Shown piece after piece: positions 23,701 through 36,829 of a stretch of 64,000 bases of DNA (the stretch's first letter is position 1; each line of letters starts with the position of its first letter). This DNA comes from Raillietiella orientalis (taxonomy: Eukaryota). Location: assembly GCA_036172245.1 (NCBI GenBank), contig JAYWIR010000059.1, positions 620,001 to 684,000 of the forward strand. Reading direction: 5' to 3'. The position numbers were made by a program, and so were the translations under genes. Below the pieces are notes generated by a model. It did no database searches and was not told where the DNA came from. It saw only the letters and a list, made by a program, of their open reading frames with translations.

Positions 23701-25449
23701 CCTACGGTACGATAAAGCCAAGCGTGTACAACTAAAAGAGTAAACAGAGTATTCTTAAAAAAACTGACCATTAAACAAGCAATTACTTCATGGTAAATAA
23801 AGAATAAAAGTAATGAATTGGAAAGTGATTAAGTACAGATTCATATGCATCTCACGTATGTGCACCTGTATGCTACTTGTATCAAGCTGTACAGCTTTTG
23901 CTGGTAAATGAATCGAGTCAGTTCATGTACACGAAATTTTCTTTATAGGTTTTTCTGAAGTTGTGATACGATCTGTGTTTTGTGATGTTTCTCCTATAAT
24001 TGTATTGACTACCAGGAGAAAAAAGCGATAGTCACTCATCCATCAAACAAATGGACTCTTCAGACCATTAATCTAGAAGATCTTCATTTCAATGCTCACA
24101 ACCATGAGTATTGGTTTACTGATCTAGCAAAAGTTTCCTATTTCAATTATTTATAGAAAGTAAACTGGATCTAACTGCTGCCCAATTGCCTCCCTTGAAG
24201 TTTAACACCCTCGATTGATTCCTTCTTTCGAAGAACGAAGCACACTCGAAAGACGGATTGCTAGTTCACTTAGCACCCGAACAATATGAAGAAATCTGAA
24301 TCCCTCTGTTTTATGGGGCGAGGGAGGGGAAGGGGAGGGGGGTGTACTGATAATCTCAACTCAACAAATGCAAACAGACTATTTGACAAATAAAGCTCCA
24401 ATGTGACTGACAGTAATATAAGTGCTGCATGGATGCATTTTTCAAGTGATGACTAGTCTTTAGTCTATGAAGATATTCACTCGCAATTCATATGATGATA
24501 CTTCCTCATTTGGGGATGCCAAGCTTATTTTTGAGGTTCGTTCGTGAGGCCAGCAGAGAGAAAGACAAGCCAGTAACGCAGTCAGCTTAGATCCTAGGAA
24601 ACTTGGTATTTGGAGCATTTTCTGTATAGAGCAGTGAATTTTTGAAAAATCCTGAACGGCGTGTGTGCACCAATTTTTTAGAATTCGCCTCCTTTAAAGG
24701 AAAATTGGAAGCATTTAAAGTTCCACAGTGAAAGCACTGTGGAATTTTAAATTCAACTCCATTGTACAGAGCACTATATATTTGTCTCGCACAGTTTCAA
24801 AAGGAAAAAGATTGGAATATTTTCCTATTCCATTGATATGTTTTTTGTTTACCACGTGGCTGCTACAAATGTTTTTTATTCCGTCATGCCTGGTGATACT
24901 GGAAGGCAGTCTTATTGCTTCTCCGCGATCATCATTTTCTTCTTCTTTTGTTTTTTGTTCTTTGTTTTTCCCGTTGTTACACTGCTGTCCACTCAACTGT
25001 AATTTGCTGAGAATTGCAACCAATTATCGATCGCTGTTCTTCCAAATTCTGACTTACGTAGTCCAGTTGGAAACTGAACGGTGTTTCATCTTTCACCTCA
25101 AAGGCAAGGTCTCCCTACTCACATTATAAGCTCCCATTCTTAAAAATTCACTCCAGAAGTCGCCGCATTTTCTGTGCATGTGCGTGTTTGACACAGTGTT
25201 CCTTCCCTTCCCCTGTGCCGATGGAACCCATGCATCGTACACCTCCCTGAGGATACAGCGTTGGCTTGTGGCATCTGAAAACCTCGAAACCTCAAGTCCT
25301 CTCGATTCACGTAACAGTTCGATCCCACGCCGTTCCAGCATATAACAGATGATTTTGGTACTAACAGTGAGAAAATTACAGTTTGACAAAGCCTATATCA
25401 CATAGCTCTGTATCAGATGAACTAATGCCGAGGACTACAAACCTTGGAA

Positions 25450-26480
25450 GTTTCACCTTCTCAGTTTCTTGCTGCAGAATTTCTGTTCTCTCTTCATCTT
25501 CCAACATTCACCCTCATCCATCCCCTTGCATGAAGGAAGGGAAGCTGAAAAGATCGGCTTGAAACCATATGTTGCTACGGGTACACCAGCGGGAAATGGT
25601 GCGGTCAGCCAGATGTATTTTCGTGTTCTCGAAATGCAAAGAGGGAAGCAGCGAGTGTTTTGGATTGGACCTTTGCATGAATTCGATTGCAGTGCAAAGA
25701 AAGTTAGAAAGTGAGGCTTCCTTCGAGACTCACAATAATGCACACATTAATGTGATCTCTCCTTGAGCCTTACCTATCAGCAATACTGTGGTCGGCTCAA
25801 AACCTTTACTCGTGCAGTCAGTGGGCCTGAGGAAAACATATATCTCAAACATCACGGAATCAAAGTGGCATCTGATCATGAACAGGTGCTCATTAGATTG
25901 TAATGCTACGTTCTATATGAGGGAGATAAAAGAATGTACACTGTACACTAAAGATCGTGCTTTGCAAGCGCGTGTCCGTACCATTTGCCAATGCATGCTA
26001 GTTCGATAATTCAGTCTCCAGGTCTTAGCATCGTAGTCACCAAGAGCTAAACGACGTTTTCGAATTCGCTATTCCAATTCAGCGTACGCACATCTGTGCA
26101 CGCGCTCAATAAGATCCGATACAAATCTTTGGAATGTCGCGGAAGTCTCATTTCTTGAAGTCCTGCGGCCCAGTTGAAGTGGCATGACAGATTGTGGAGA
26201 ATCAGCTTTTCTGTCTACAGCTTCCTATGGGCTCTCCTTGGATGAAAGTGCTGGAGGTCTTTCAGATCAAAGAAATCAGAAAGAGTGTTGCGAGCTTTCA
26301 GATGATCATCTTTCAGGACGGAAAGTCTGTAAACCCTGAGAATGCGTTCCCATGTGAATAGTCCCAGCTTTTACACAGGAGAGACTTCCGACGTTTTCGG
26401 AGTTCGGAAAATTTCTACTCTGATTCCAGAGCGCTGCAGGCATTTAGTGGCTGTCGCTGTGTTACCATGACAAATTCTTG
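25450..26480 (+). pseudogene. PLS-E PPR relic
   Basis: EKIGLKPYVATG..NGAVSQMYFRVLEMQRGKQRVF (~G+..D+.+G++L+.MY.+.G.+..A++VF), ASYGLSLDES (~ACSH.GL++E), DDHLSGR, RKISTLIPE (E motif). Confidence 0.55.
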
Positions 26481-26499
26481 CGATCTTTTTCTCCACGGC

Positions 26500-27330
26500 T
26501 ACTCATCACCGTTGTTTTAGTCATGCAAGAAGAAGAGGTCGCCGTCAACTGAATATTCCTCTCAGCCACCACGAGGTGGCGCTCCTTCGTCGTTCTCTTT
26601 TGCATGGGCATGGACCGGCGAGCTGGAGGGCTCCACAGCCAAGCACGGCTTGGGCTGCTGAAGCACTAACAGTCCCCAAGCATCACTCCGACCACCATGC
26701 GCAGAAGTAGGCCACCCCTTGGGATGGGAAGCTGTGCTGGATTCCCATGGAAAGGACGAGCGTCCGTCCCACGTGGGTCCTGAACTACTGCACTCCCGGT
26801 TTTATTCTCTTTGCTATCTGGTGGAAGTAAAAGAGGATCTGATTTCACTCCAAGGAAGCTCTTTTCCAAGGAATCGAGGTGTTTCACCAATGTTTCCCAT
26901 ATGTGTACCCGAACTCTTAAATGCATTAAGTTGCTCTCCGCTACTTAGGTCGGTAGCGATGGAAACATCAGATACACCTAAGGTCCTTATTTTGAAAAGT
27001 CTTCCAAAACGTGTTTTAGTCACTTCATGCGGAGTGATGCTGCTTACTGTCACCAAGCAACGTCCGGAAATCACGTAACAGTGTCTCCTCGATGATGAAA
27101 GGAACCCAACTCATCCGCAGCTCTTTTCTGAGAAAGTCACTACCCTACTCGTCCCACGCGAAACACCCGGGACGTCCCAAGAGAGCTCTCAGAAGATGAG
27201 CGTCGCATGGTTACCGAAGGGGAAACCGTCATTCCTCCGTCCCCAGCTCCGACCAGTATCGCGGTTCCCTTCCCCCTCCATCGCGCCACTAAGACGCGCT
27301 CTACGAAAAAAACTAAGGTCTTAGGGCCAT
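26500..27330 (-). mobile_element. LINE RT-thumb fragment
   Basis: KIRTLGVS (~RYLGV) followed by AQLPIPRGGLLL (~LP...GGLGL). Confidence 0.5.
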
Positions 27331-27599
27331 TCTAACTTTCTTTCGAAAAGTTTCACAGATCTCTCTGGTAACAGCTGATCATTGATTCTCAAGGTTCAAC
27401 TTCCCTGTGTCGTGACACGCGCTCACACAGCCCCATTCAATACCGAAAAAGCTGCAGCTTGCTGGGGAAAACCAAATTGTCCTGTGAGCACGGGTCAAAT
27501 TACGAATGCCCACCCATGCAATGCAAATGTCCTCATTCGTGGATCTCAGTAGAGCTTGAGCTCAGCAGTGATGCTCAAACGAACCGAACCTCTATGAGC

Positions 27600-28550
27600 G
27601 CCGTGTTGTACAGTTCCGGAAATGACGCAATTCCTGGTTGACGAAAAGGAGCTGTGACTCAGAGTTCGTTCCATCTGCTCGGAGGATTCGATTTCAAGGG
27701 ATTTTTGGTAGATCATCCAGGCAAAGGACCATACACCCCAAAATGACTGGAACCAAAAGCTCTGATTGCATCTGCGGGAGACGGCGCGGCAGTCTTACTA
27801 TGTCTGGTCAGTTCTGGCTGCGATCGAGGTTCGAGGGATATAGTGAAAATACTCGAACTCGCGCACGATGATAACAAGGATAATAAGAACAGAAACACGA
27901 GAGTCTCCATGCTCAGTCCACGCCTTCGTAGATCGGACTCACAAAAGACAGAGAACCCACAGCCATCTTCTGCAGACCTTGCCAGAGTACATCACTCAGA
28001 TAGCATGTTAGACGATGACAAGAACGGAAGCGAGAACGATATCTTGCCTCTTGTGGATCCAATTTTCCTGAAGCACTTTCCTGATGCACGTCTTGCACAA
28101 GAGCAGAGAGAATTTCATCTGTCATGGGGAGGATGGCCATGTAGGAAATTCTTTACGTGAATTCAATAACACAGCATTCCTTCTAATCTCTGATGAAAAA
28201 AAAAAAGAAAAAATTTCTCGATGGAAGGAGAGAACTCTTTGCGAGAAATTATGGGAACTTTCAAACATCATCTAGGTGTCCTCATAAAAAAAATGCCTCA
28301 AGAGGGAAGAAGGATGTGGATTTCATCTTGAATTTCGTGCTTCTTCATTCAGTGATAAAGCAGTTCCCCAATTAGGATATTTTCTTACTGACATCAACTC
28401 TAATCTTCACAGAAATTCCTCGGAAGAGAGAGTTGCGCATAGGTTTTTCCCGAGGAATGTGAAAATGAAAGAGCCGTTTTATCCAGTCTTCTTTCTATCT
28501 TTGTCCTCATCTGCGCGCGCAGGTGAAGCAAAACTCATCTCCCCAACCGA
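27600..28550 (+). pseudogene. P-class PPR relic including N-terminal region
   Basis: FLKHFPDARLAQEQREFHLSW (~+L+.....A+.FF.W), GNSLREFNNTAFLL (~H++.+YN.++.+L), LVSSGCDRGSRDIVKIL. Confidence 0.45.
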
Positions 28551-28649
28551 TCGATTTTGCGTTGTTGTCATTGTTTCTGTTTCTGTTGGTTGATGCCTTT
28601 TATATTCTCAAGAAACCCTTTTTGCTCTCTGATTCCGAAGGCGCAGCCA

Positions 28650-30200
28650 TCCCACTTAATGCAGTATGGCGGATGCTGTGTGTAGCCTGAGATAAAAGGA
28701 AAAGCATAAACTATGGTTGATTGCTGTGATGCAAAGATGTGGGGACGATGATGAAGACCAATCTGCAAAATGTTCGTTTCCAGCATTCGTGCTAATGGAA
28801 GAACAGGCGGAAGCACCAGAGGAATGCAACCAGCGCCATACTGCTGTTTCATGACGTCGGATTAGATGCTGCACTTCTCTCTTGGAAAATTGGAGAACAC
28901 TTGTGAAATTAGGAATGTGCTGCCAGATTTGTGGGGACTTCCTTGGTCGTTTTCGTGCATGATGCCGAAAAGCGTCCTCAAATTATGTGGCACCTCAGGC
29001 AAAGAGTGCAAACAAGGCAACGTGCAAACACTCTGTGTTCCTCCATATCGGAAGAATTATGAAAATCGTTAATCGTGTCAATGAACGACTCACTTTGATG
29101 GCTTTCGTGAATTCCGGAGACCGGATCACTTCTGTTTTTCAGGTGACCTCTTCGTCTCCTTGCAAAGTAGGGAAAATCAGTCATCTTTCAGCAACAGCAG
29201 CTTCGCCGTATAGTAAAGAAGCGCTGTCAGAAAACTGGGTAGAGTTCTTTTGGAAGATGCACGAAAAAAAAATAACCAGAGGTGTATGGAAACACCCGAA
29301 AAACTAGCAGTCACGAAAAAAGGACCGAAAAGGTTTGTGCCGAAAGTGCTTCCCATTGAAACATAATTTCCTTCAGTAATTCTGCCGAAGGCTAATCTAT
29401 TATGAACATTAGAGGATTTGCCCGCATACTCAGAGTGAGCTATGAGAATCCATTGAGAACTCATTACCCCGTGAGTTACCAAGTCATCTTCAGCTTACTC
29501 TCAAAAAATATGCAACAGTCGTCGATAAGCATTCCACATGAGCTGATTTTCATTTGACTCTGCATGTGGAGGACGCACTCGTGAATCTCCAGGAGCAACG
29601 TAATTGGGAGGAAGTTGATTCTGCTTAAAAAATAAAGTTGTCGGCGATTTCAAATTGCAGACCGCTTTGCGATGAGGGATGCTTGGCAGTCAGATTGTCT
29701 AGCGCACTGTGATGTCTTTATTTCTCGAATGTGGCTCCCATTTCCCACATGTGACAAACACATTAAGCAAACAGGAAGTGACGTTAGTCCCCCTGTGGCT
29801 CATTCATTGCGACTGCGACGAGCTGAGGGCGGTGATCTCACTGAACATGATTCTCGAACAGAGCAATCCATTGCATATTTCATAAAAAGGTATCGAATCT
29901 ATCGAATAGCATTCGACGATGCTCTTGATTTCCACCTAATCGTGCTTGTGATAGTTTAATGCTCAGCAACTTCAGTAATGCGTTTCACTTTTTTTTTTTT
30001 TGGACATACAGGAGTTTTATGAGTTGAACAACAGTAATGTCTGCAACGCAGATTTTCTCTCCACAAATGTACGGCATGCTACGAAGTGCAGCATCAAAAA
30101 ACAAGATGTTCTCCCACGCATATATCTTATGTGGCACAGGAGCATTTGTGTTTTATCATATAAAGACTTCTCCAAAACGTAAGTAAATATTATGGAGACA
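28650..30200 (+). pseudogene. PLS PPR relic
   Basis: LIAVMQRCGDDDEDQS (~L+.+Y.+CG.+++A), RGMQPAPYCCFMTS..SLGKLENTCEI (~G+QP...F+++L.AC+.LG.LE.G.+I), IKQTGSDVSPPVAHSL..AEGGDL. Confidence 0.65.
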
Positions 30201-30599
30201 AAATCGAGAAATCTGCAGCTCTCTTTCACAATTCGAGGCCCTGAAACAATCAGAATGACATCTAAAAAAAAGACTTCATCATAAAAACATCGTTACGTCG
30301 AAAACCATTATTTTTTACAATTTTGCATGCAAACTTTGCCGTCAAAACAGCACGCTGTTCATGAGACAACTCTATTCGAGTGAGGAGCACATGTGTGAAA
30401 GACCGCATCCGTTGACATGAATCCGTGCTCATGGCTCCAAGAACATAACACAGTTTCGTGTGACAGAGCCCTTCATTGGAATATACCAGCTGCCAATCCA
30501 AAATATTAAATCCTCCTAAAGCTATCTGAAAGGCATTCCGAAAAGTTGCCTCACTTGTCAAGGAGACACCAAAAGTGTTTTGAGTCCTTTAATGGAATC

Positions 30600-31850
30600 A
30601 GCTTGAATCCATGGGAACAGTATGAGGATACAGAATGAGCAGTCAGAACTTTCAAAGTATTCACTCCAAGGTGAATACTTTGGAAGTTCGATGCCTCATT
30701 GGATATATCGAGGCCTCATTAGATTTCATGCTGGCAAGGCTCCGGGAAAAATACATCTGCAGGCATTGGAATGACCCTGTTAGTGGATGAATGAATACCT
30801 TGATGGGTAGTCTGTAAAGAGTGCTCTTCCAAAATGTCGGCATTCCTCGGCTGGTGCGTTCTCTCAAGGTAACAGTCGAACATTGTTCCAGTGCTTTACT
30901 AGTGTGCATTTTGGATTCTCTGGGAGCATTTTATGTCTGCAATGAAACATTCCAACAGATCCGTAGATAGAAAAAAGCAGAATGGGATGCTTCTGAAGCA
31001 GCATCACATCTGAGATCAGTGAACAAGAGTAACTCAGATTTTCGGGATGCCTTTAATCATTAGAAGGCAAGAAAAGGATCATGTTCCTCTCGAATCCGTG
31101 TCTCTAGCAGCACGTGGAGTATCGTTCCATTCTTCAAAAGTTCCAAATGCTCATCTCCGTTCTGAATGGGAATATTTGCAGAGAAGGGATCTGGCGTCAT
31201 GTTGAAATAAGCCATCTCAACCTTCACGTTCAAAGGGAAGCTCAAACTGATTACGGGAGCAGAACACGCCTTTGCTGTGCTCTCCTTAAGTTCTCGTCTG
31301 AAAGCATCCTACACGGTCACATGCACGTTGCAAAATAGACCAAAAGCTTGATGTCTGACACCTACCACGCAACCAATCACTGCGTCGATTAAGATTAAAA
31401 TCGTGTACACTGTTTCTCGATATGTTGTGTAAGTTGGTATTCTTGGAAAGCATCGGCTGAAGAGAAGTTCTGCTTAATTAAATCACACTGATCATGCTCG
31501 GTTTTAAAATCATTCAAATATACGAGAGAAATGTAAATTATTGAAAGGGAGTTGCTAGGGAAAAACCATGGTGCACACTTTTCCGCGTTGAAAAGATCAA
31601 CTGCTTGGATTGTGATGACTGACTGGAGAAGATTTGCAGATGTAGGAGAGTCGCAAAGGATCTTCCCGTCAGCTTCATTAGCTGCTCATACACGGACGTG
31701 GCAGAACTGCAGACGCTGCTTTTAGAAAGGATAGTAAACAAGGGCACGCGATCTGCTTGAAAGCAGAATGAATGCATTCGCTCAAGCTTCGAAGCATTCC
31801 AAGAAGCAGAATGCAACACACGCACAGTATTTTGTTTTCCACACATCAGT
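30600..31850 (+). pseudogene. P-class PPR relic
   Basis: GYIEASLDF, MNTLMGSL, LAARGV, VLNGNICREGIW (~L+.G+C+EG), QTDYGSRTRLCCALLK (~PD..+Y+.L+.+L.K), LLERIVNKG. Confidence 0.55.
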
Positions 31851-31899
31851 GCGACTGAGCCCAGAATTGCAAGGGAAAAAACACTTCCTTCTCAGCTCA

Positions 31900-33250
31900 G
31901 GAAAGAAATGGATTGTTCCTGGGATAGAGAGAAGGACGGCCAGTTGGCTTGGAAACAAAAGCGTGGAAACCTAGATTGTAGGAAACTTGATCGGACTGGA
32001 AATGGCGGGGGTGATTACCGGCTGCTGAGAAGAAGGGGTCATCTTCTACGTACTGGTGAACAGGGGACGTGGGGTGTTGAGTCTTCCGAATGCAAGGATC
32101 CTCGTGCATGCGGGCCGCTGGTGTCTGTGGTTGTCCAAAGAGCGATTTTACCGATGCGCAAGTGGCCACATTGCCAAGGTTCACCCGGTTTATCCGATCG
32201 TAATGCTACCGGAAGAACATGAGAGGATCTCTTGCCGTTCATCGAATGGAAACACCTGGAGGCAGAAGGCTCTAAACTCGTGGATACGCCTGGAGAGACC
32301 AATCTACCGATATCAGTGGTTATTGGCTGCTTGGGAAGGTCCCCCGAGGCGAGATCCTGAACCTCGTGAGGCTGCTTCCTAGGACTCATCATGAGGTTGT
32401 CCAAGATGCCATGCGTTTTCTCCTGCATAGAAGGAATAAGGAAGACATGGATATTCCTGGGAATTCCTTCTCCTAATGGAAGGTGGCTCGTGTGGAGAAT
32501 GAAACCATATCCAAAAACCTGACTGATGACCCGCAAAGGTAAATCGAGTTTCCTGGAATTCCCCCTGAAAATTTCGAGATCTCGGGCTTACTGTTCGATG
32601 CTTCTGTCCTTTGCAACCAGCACGCCGACATTTTCCTGGTGATCACTTGGGTCTTCCTCGAAATCAGTATCTCCACACTCCAGGGAGGCGATCCCCGAGA
32701 AATGCACCCACTGAGGGATGGTGGGCACATTTCTTGGGGATCCCTTTCGCACCTGCTTTTCGAATGCTCCAGAATAGGGCACTTCCGTTTCCCATGACGC
32801 TCCACAGGACTTACCTAGAGGAATGCTCTACTCTCCAGGCTCACCGGTTGCCCCCTTCGCTGGAGGCACTTAGTCCCGTGCAAGCAGCAGTGATTGCGCA
32901 AATAAAAGAAGGATGCGACCTCCGTCCCGGGGAATCGTTCCCGATTGCTCTCTCCTGTAGGCAATGGGGCCAGCAGTAGCTCACTCTTGGATGTGGATTC
33001 TTGTGGACTCGATGGCTGAAAGTGGAAGAACGTGTCCACTCTCCCTCTGCTTCCCTACCCGACCCAGACCTTCTAATCAGGCGTTTTTTGATGTCTCTCT
33101 GGCTCGTTAGGAAAGACTTTGTCTTGGAGTAACTCACCTGAAAGATGTAACCTCCTGAGGATTGTTGACCCGCAAGAGTGCTTTGGCCCCTTACGACCTT
33201 ACGTTTTTGCCTCTTTTTTTGTGGTGGGCAGCGTGGTTTTCTGTTGAGAT
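31900..33250 (+). mobile_element. LINE 3' portion related to the 11.2-15.0 kb element
   Basis: GVLSLPNARILVHAGRW (~GGLGLPD...W); GIPPENFEISG (~32555) vs GIPLEKFEVPG (~14310); zinc finger GSLSHLLFEC (~32740-32770). Confidence 0.7.
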
Positions 33251-33289
33251 GTCCAGTCTCTGAGATGTCTTCATCCATTGGCAAAAAGT

Positions 33290-34620
33290 GTGGGAACTGT
33301 TCCTGACGAGATTTCAAACTGCATTCGGTCAAGCTCGGAGGGGCCATCCTCTCCCCCCTTTCCCTCGAGTTCCTGGAAGTGGCCCTGGAAGTGACGGAGG
33401 CTGACTTTGTTCGTGATCCACTTCCGGATAACGAGGAGATGGGGGTCTGCATGGATCAAGTTCACAAGCTCACCATGAGGGTCAAGGAAGAGCTGGAGAA
33501 GCTCTGGGTGCCCATTAGTGGCAATTCTATCGAGCTTACCTGCAGGAGAGCAAAAAGTCAATGAAGACCTTGGAGGTCTGCACTTTGGGTAAAGCGCAAC
33601 TTGGGCGAAGGCAGAGCAGCTAGAAGCCGCGACCGGCGGTCGCAGAAGCGCGCTCAAAGCATACGCGCTCCCCGATGCTGCTGACGGCCCCGAGTTTCTC
33701 CACGCAGAAAGCGCCTGGATGCAAGTGAAAGAGGGGAACAATTACGAAAATGCTTGGGATCCAAGACGCCTGAGGCGGCAAGGGCACGAGCGCCGTGGTC
33801 CACAAGACCAACGTGCACAAGGGAAAAAAGTGAGGCAGCTCTGCCATGACCACACACAGGGTCACCATGGCACGTTGAGATGGCTCTGCCACCACGTCTT
33901 GTGTTCCCATGGGCTCTCTTTCTTGGCACCGGCGACCTAGTCGGGAGCAGACATTCCCTACAGAGCGGGAGATTCTCTCCTCTCGCATCCCGCTTATTCA
34001 GAGCTGGAGGCTGAGACTGCTATGGCCGACCCCATCACTGCGTACAGGCGCCATCCAAAGGTTCGAAAAAGGGGAGCCTCGAAGAGCGAGCCTACTCGAA
34101 CGGCGCCACACTTCGAGCCAGGGATATCGTCTTGCGTTGCCCCTCACTCGAGGAAGACGGAAGTGATGAGAATGGCGAAATGCGAGGACGAAACGGCATG
34201 GTGACGCCTTTGCAGCTCCGATGCTGCTGGAGGGCCGCTTCCTGTCGAGCATTGCTGGCCCGAAATTCCCGGACTTCCCGGAAAGGACGTGGCCAACAGC
34301 CTCCTTCCGTTGGCGTGTTGATCCTCCTTTCGCATGGTCTTCTGGAACGCCAATAAGTTGCGGGACGAGATGTGGAAGCGTCCTTCGCTCCTTCGACCTC
34401 GTGCCTCTCTGGGCGATCCACGCGCTCTCCTCGCAGGAGGTGGTCGCAACCTTTCTGTTGAAGCATACGCGTTGTTCTGCGCACAGTTCCCAGAACGACT
34501 GCCTTTAACAGAAAGCCAGTCGTTCTGGGAACTGTGCGTGGCATCTGCTTCGGCAAAGAAGGACCATAAGCCAGCTGGCACCCAAGTGTTTCGACCCGAC
34601 TGACCTTGTCGTTGTGCAGC
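33290..34620 (+). mobile_element. LINE RT plus C-terminal relic
   Basis: GGAILSPF/FLEVALE (~QG.PLSP.LF...E), AGEQKVNE (~SG.KVN), LKAYALP, LILLSHGLL. Confidence 0.6.
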
Positions 34621-35950
34621 CAGGGAATGCAGCCGAGGGGCTGAATGCTATCCGACCGAACGGTCAGGGGTCTCAGTGATCACACGATGCATGCGGTAGC
34701 AGGTCACTCTTGCCGTCGAAGGAGGTCAACGAGCTTGCGCGCGTACATGCACGTGAGCAACCTGTTGACCTAGAGTCTGGAATCCAGGATTCCATGCATC
34801 ACTTTGCCCTGACGACCGTCTATTCTCATGTGTGCAAGGAAGAGGAGGAGTACGATCGACTCTGACCGTTGGATGGACAACCTGGAGACAGTGGATCAGA
34901 TCCTTAGTTTCTTCGCAGATTCAGCATTCAGGAGCTCGACGATTGGGACCGACTGAAGGTCTCGGTCCGGCAGTCCTGCTTCCGTTAGTTGCCACATCTG
35001 CCTCCTGCAGGCTCGTAGGGGGGGAGTTCATCAGAAGCAGCAAAGCCCGCTTTCGCGATCTCTCGGAAGCAGCAGAGCTAAGATCGCTGCGGCAGGCGGC
35101 ATTTCTTTTCCGAGTGAGAAGGAACTCGAGAGCAGGTCTCGATTCGCCCACAGGGGCTACAGGGCCGTTGCAGGACGTCTCTAGACACTCCGAAGTACAG
35201 CTCAATCGATTTACTGATGCAGGAGGACACGACTGCACCCCACCTGCCACAATACGGAACCGCACTTTCCCTGGCTCAATGGCGCTGGAGCGCTTCGATG
35301 GTGCGAGCGTGTTTTCCTTTCGCTCTGTATGGAGGGAAGCGCCTGCTGGTTGGTTTTCTTGCTTTTCAACAGTCCGCTGCTTCTTCACCGTGAAAAGTAG
35401 CAGCATTGTGATCTTCAGCACTCCTTCCCATGGAGACGGAGGCCGCGAAGGTTCCGAAGGATCGCCCCCTGTACAGGAGGTCTTGGAGTCAAGTGGCGGA
35501 AACTGCGGTGCGTGAGCCTAGGACAACGATTGGCACTGAGACGTAAGGTAGGCGTATTGGTCTTGCGTCGGTTGCGCACTCTTTTGTGGAAGGGCTGAGC
35601 AACCTTGACATCGGAAAGGAAGAGCTGAGAGGCCTCTTGGTGGTGAGCGGGGTAGCAAGGAGTGGAGCTCACCTGCAAGGATGCAAGACTTGCCCAACGA
35701 CCCCTTAGCATTAGCATCGGGGGAAGGAAGCTCTCAGAAGTTACGATAGACCACTCAGTGGTAGCCTACTTGAGAGGAGTTACACTGCGGATGGACCAAA
35801 ATGAAGCCCACATTGGCAGCCCTGTGGCTACGCTCCTCGTGAGTGGTACCAGGCGTTGCGAGTTCGAATCCCATCTGGGAAAGGATCGACGCCGAGAAAT
35901 GGGTGCGTCGTGGTTTCGAGTCCCCTCCCCAGGATAATTCCTATTGGCCT
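34620..35950 (-). mobile_element. LINE 5' portion (ORF1 remnant and start of endonuclease)
   Basis: DGRQGKV...RLLTCMYAR (~D..GR...L.NVYAP) at ~34740-34830; upstream basic, low-complexity ORF1-like text. Confidence 0.45.
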
Positions 35951-35999
35951 GTAGGCTTCGGGTGCGGCACTGGTTGACATTCGGTCAGACTGGGACGTT

Positions 36000-36800
36000 C
36001 ATTTATAAAAAATAAACATGCATGTCTGTGGCAGGACGTTTGATCCTGCCACACCACTTATACTCAAGAGAAGGAACCTGCCGGGAACTGGCACTCAGGC
36101 CATCGGGGTTCGCCTCCGCAGCACAGGGGAAGGGGAAACAAACAAAAAAGATACAGTCAAAAAAATAGGAGGGTTTGCATCACTGTGTGCTGGAGGATGT
36201 GCTCTGAACCCTTGTAAGGATGCGGCAAGTTCCTGTTACGAGTTTCGCAAGGGGTGGGGTAAATTTATTCTCATTCACACTACAACTCATTCATTCTATG
36301 CACTTTGAACTGTCTATTCGACACTCCTAGATGGGGTCACCTTGCCGCTATCCTGATGAAGAGGACAGCGAAGTAGATAACGTCCCTGTCGTCCCTGTCC
36401 TCCTGTGGAGTTGCTCTATGAAATCATGGTCCTGCTGCGTTGGCAGCAGAGTGTTGCCAGGGATGCGGCCGGCGTGAGGGCGTCTCGCAGGAAGAGGCTC
36501 TTTCAATTGTCTCTGGTGTTGCCGCCAGGGATTCCAAGGGTTACAGCAGAGCGTTCCCAAAGGGTCCAGACGGCAGTACAGTCCACCAGTAGGTGCAAGA
36601 GGTATTCTTGCTCCCTGCATCTCGCATAGTTTGGACCCCTACGCCCCGTATCCAATAATAACCGTGTCTGGTTTCCACCATTGTTGGTGGGCAATGATGG
36701 AAGTCGGAAACCGGATGCCTCCCTTGACTAGCAGAGATTGTAAGTTGACCTTCCAGGATGCTTCCAGGAATCAAGGAGTAGGTTCCCTTCGGGATTCCCC
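36000..36800 (-). mobile_element. L1/Tx1-like LINE 3' end with zf-RVT and terminal hairpin
   Basis: PNYARCREQEYLLHLLVDCTAVWTLWERSAVTLGIP (ORF 36503-36694); perfect 10-bp hairpin at 36027-36053. Confidence 0.8.
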
Positions 36801-36829
36801 TCCGGTTATGAAAATGGAGTCCTCCATCG

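Noticed and set aside
27600..27850. WD40 repeat relic
   Set aside because: Only vague similarity; the context favours a P-class PPR relic.
29990..30190. Apparent spliced exons with an in-frame TAA, suggesting a TAA/TAG=Gln genetic code
   Set aside because: TGA stops and frameshifts are just as common in the relics, and the splice sites are probably chance matches within PPR relics. Ordinary pseudogene decay is sufficient.
30880..30896. 16/17-nt match to 61526-61542 (KHWNNV) as evidence of paralogous genes
   Set aside because: Matches of this length are expected by chance in a 64-kb self-comparison, and the flanks do not align.
35838..35932. tRNA or tRNA-derived SINE (GAGTTCGAATCC B-box-like sequence at 35860-35871)
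   Set aside because: No cloverleaf, and the A-box to B-box spacing is too short.
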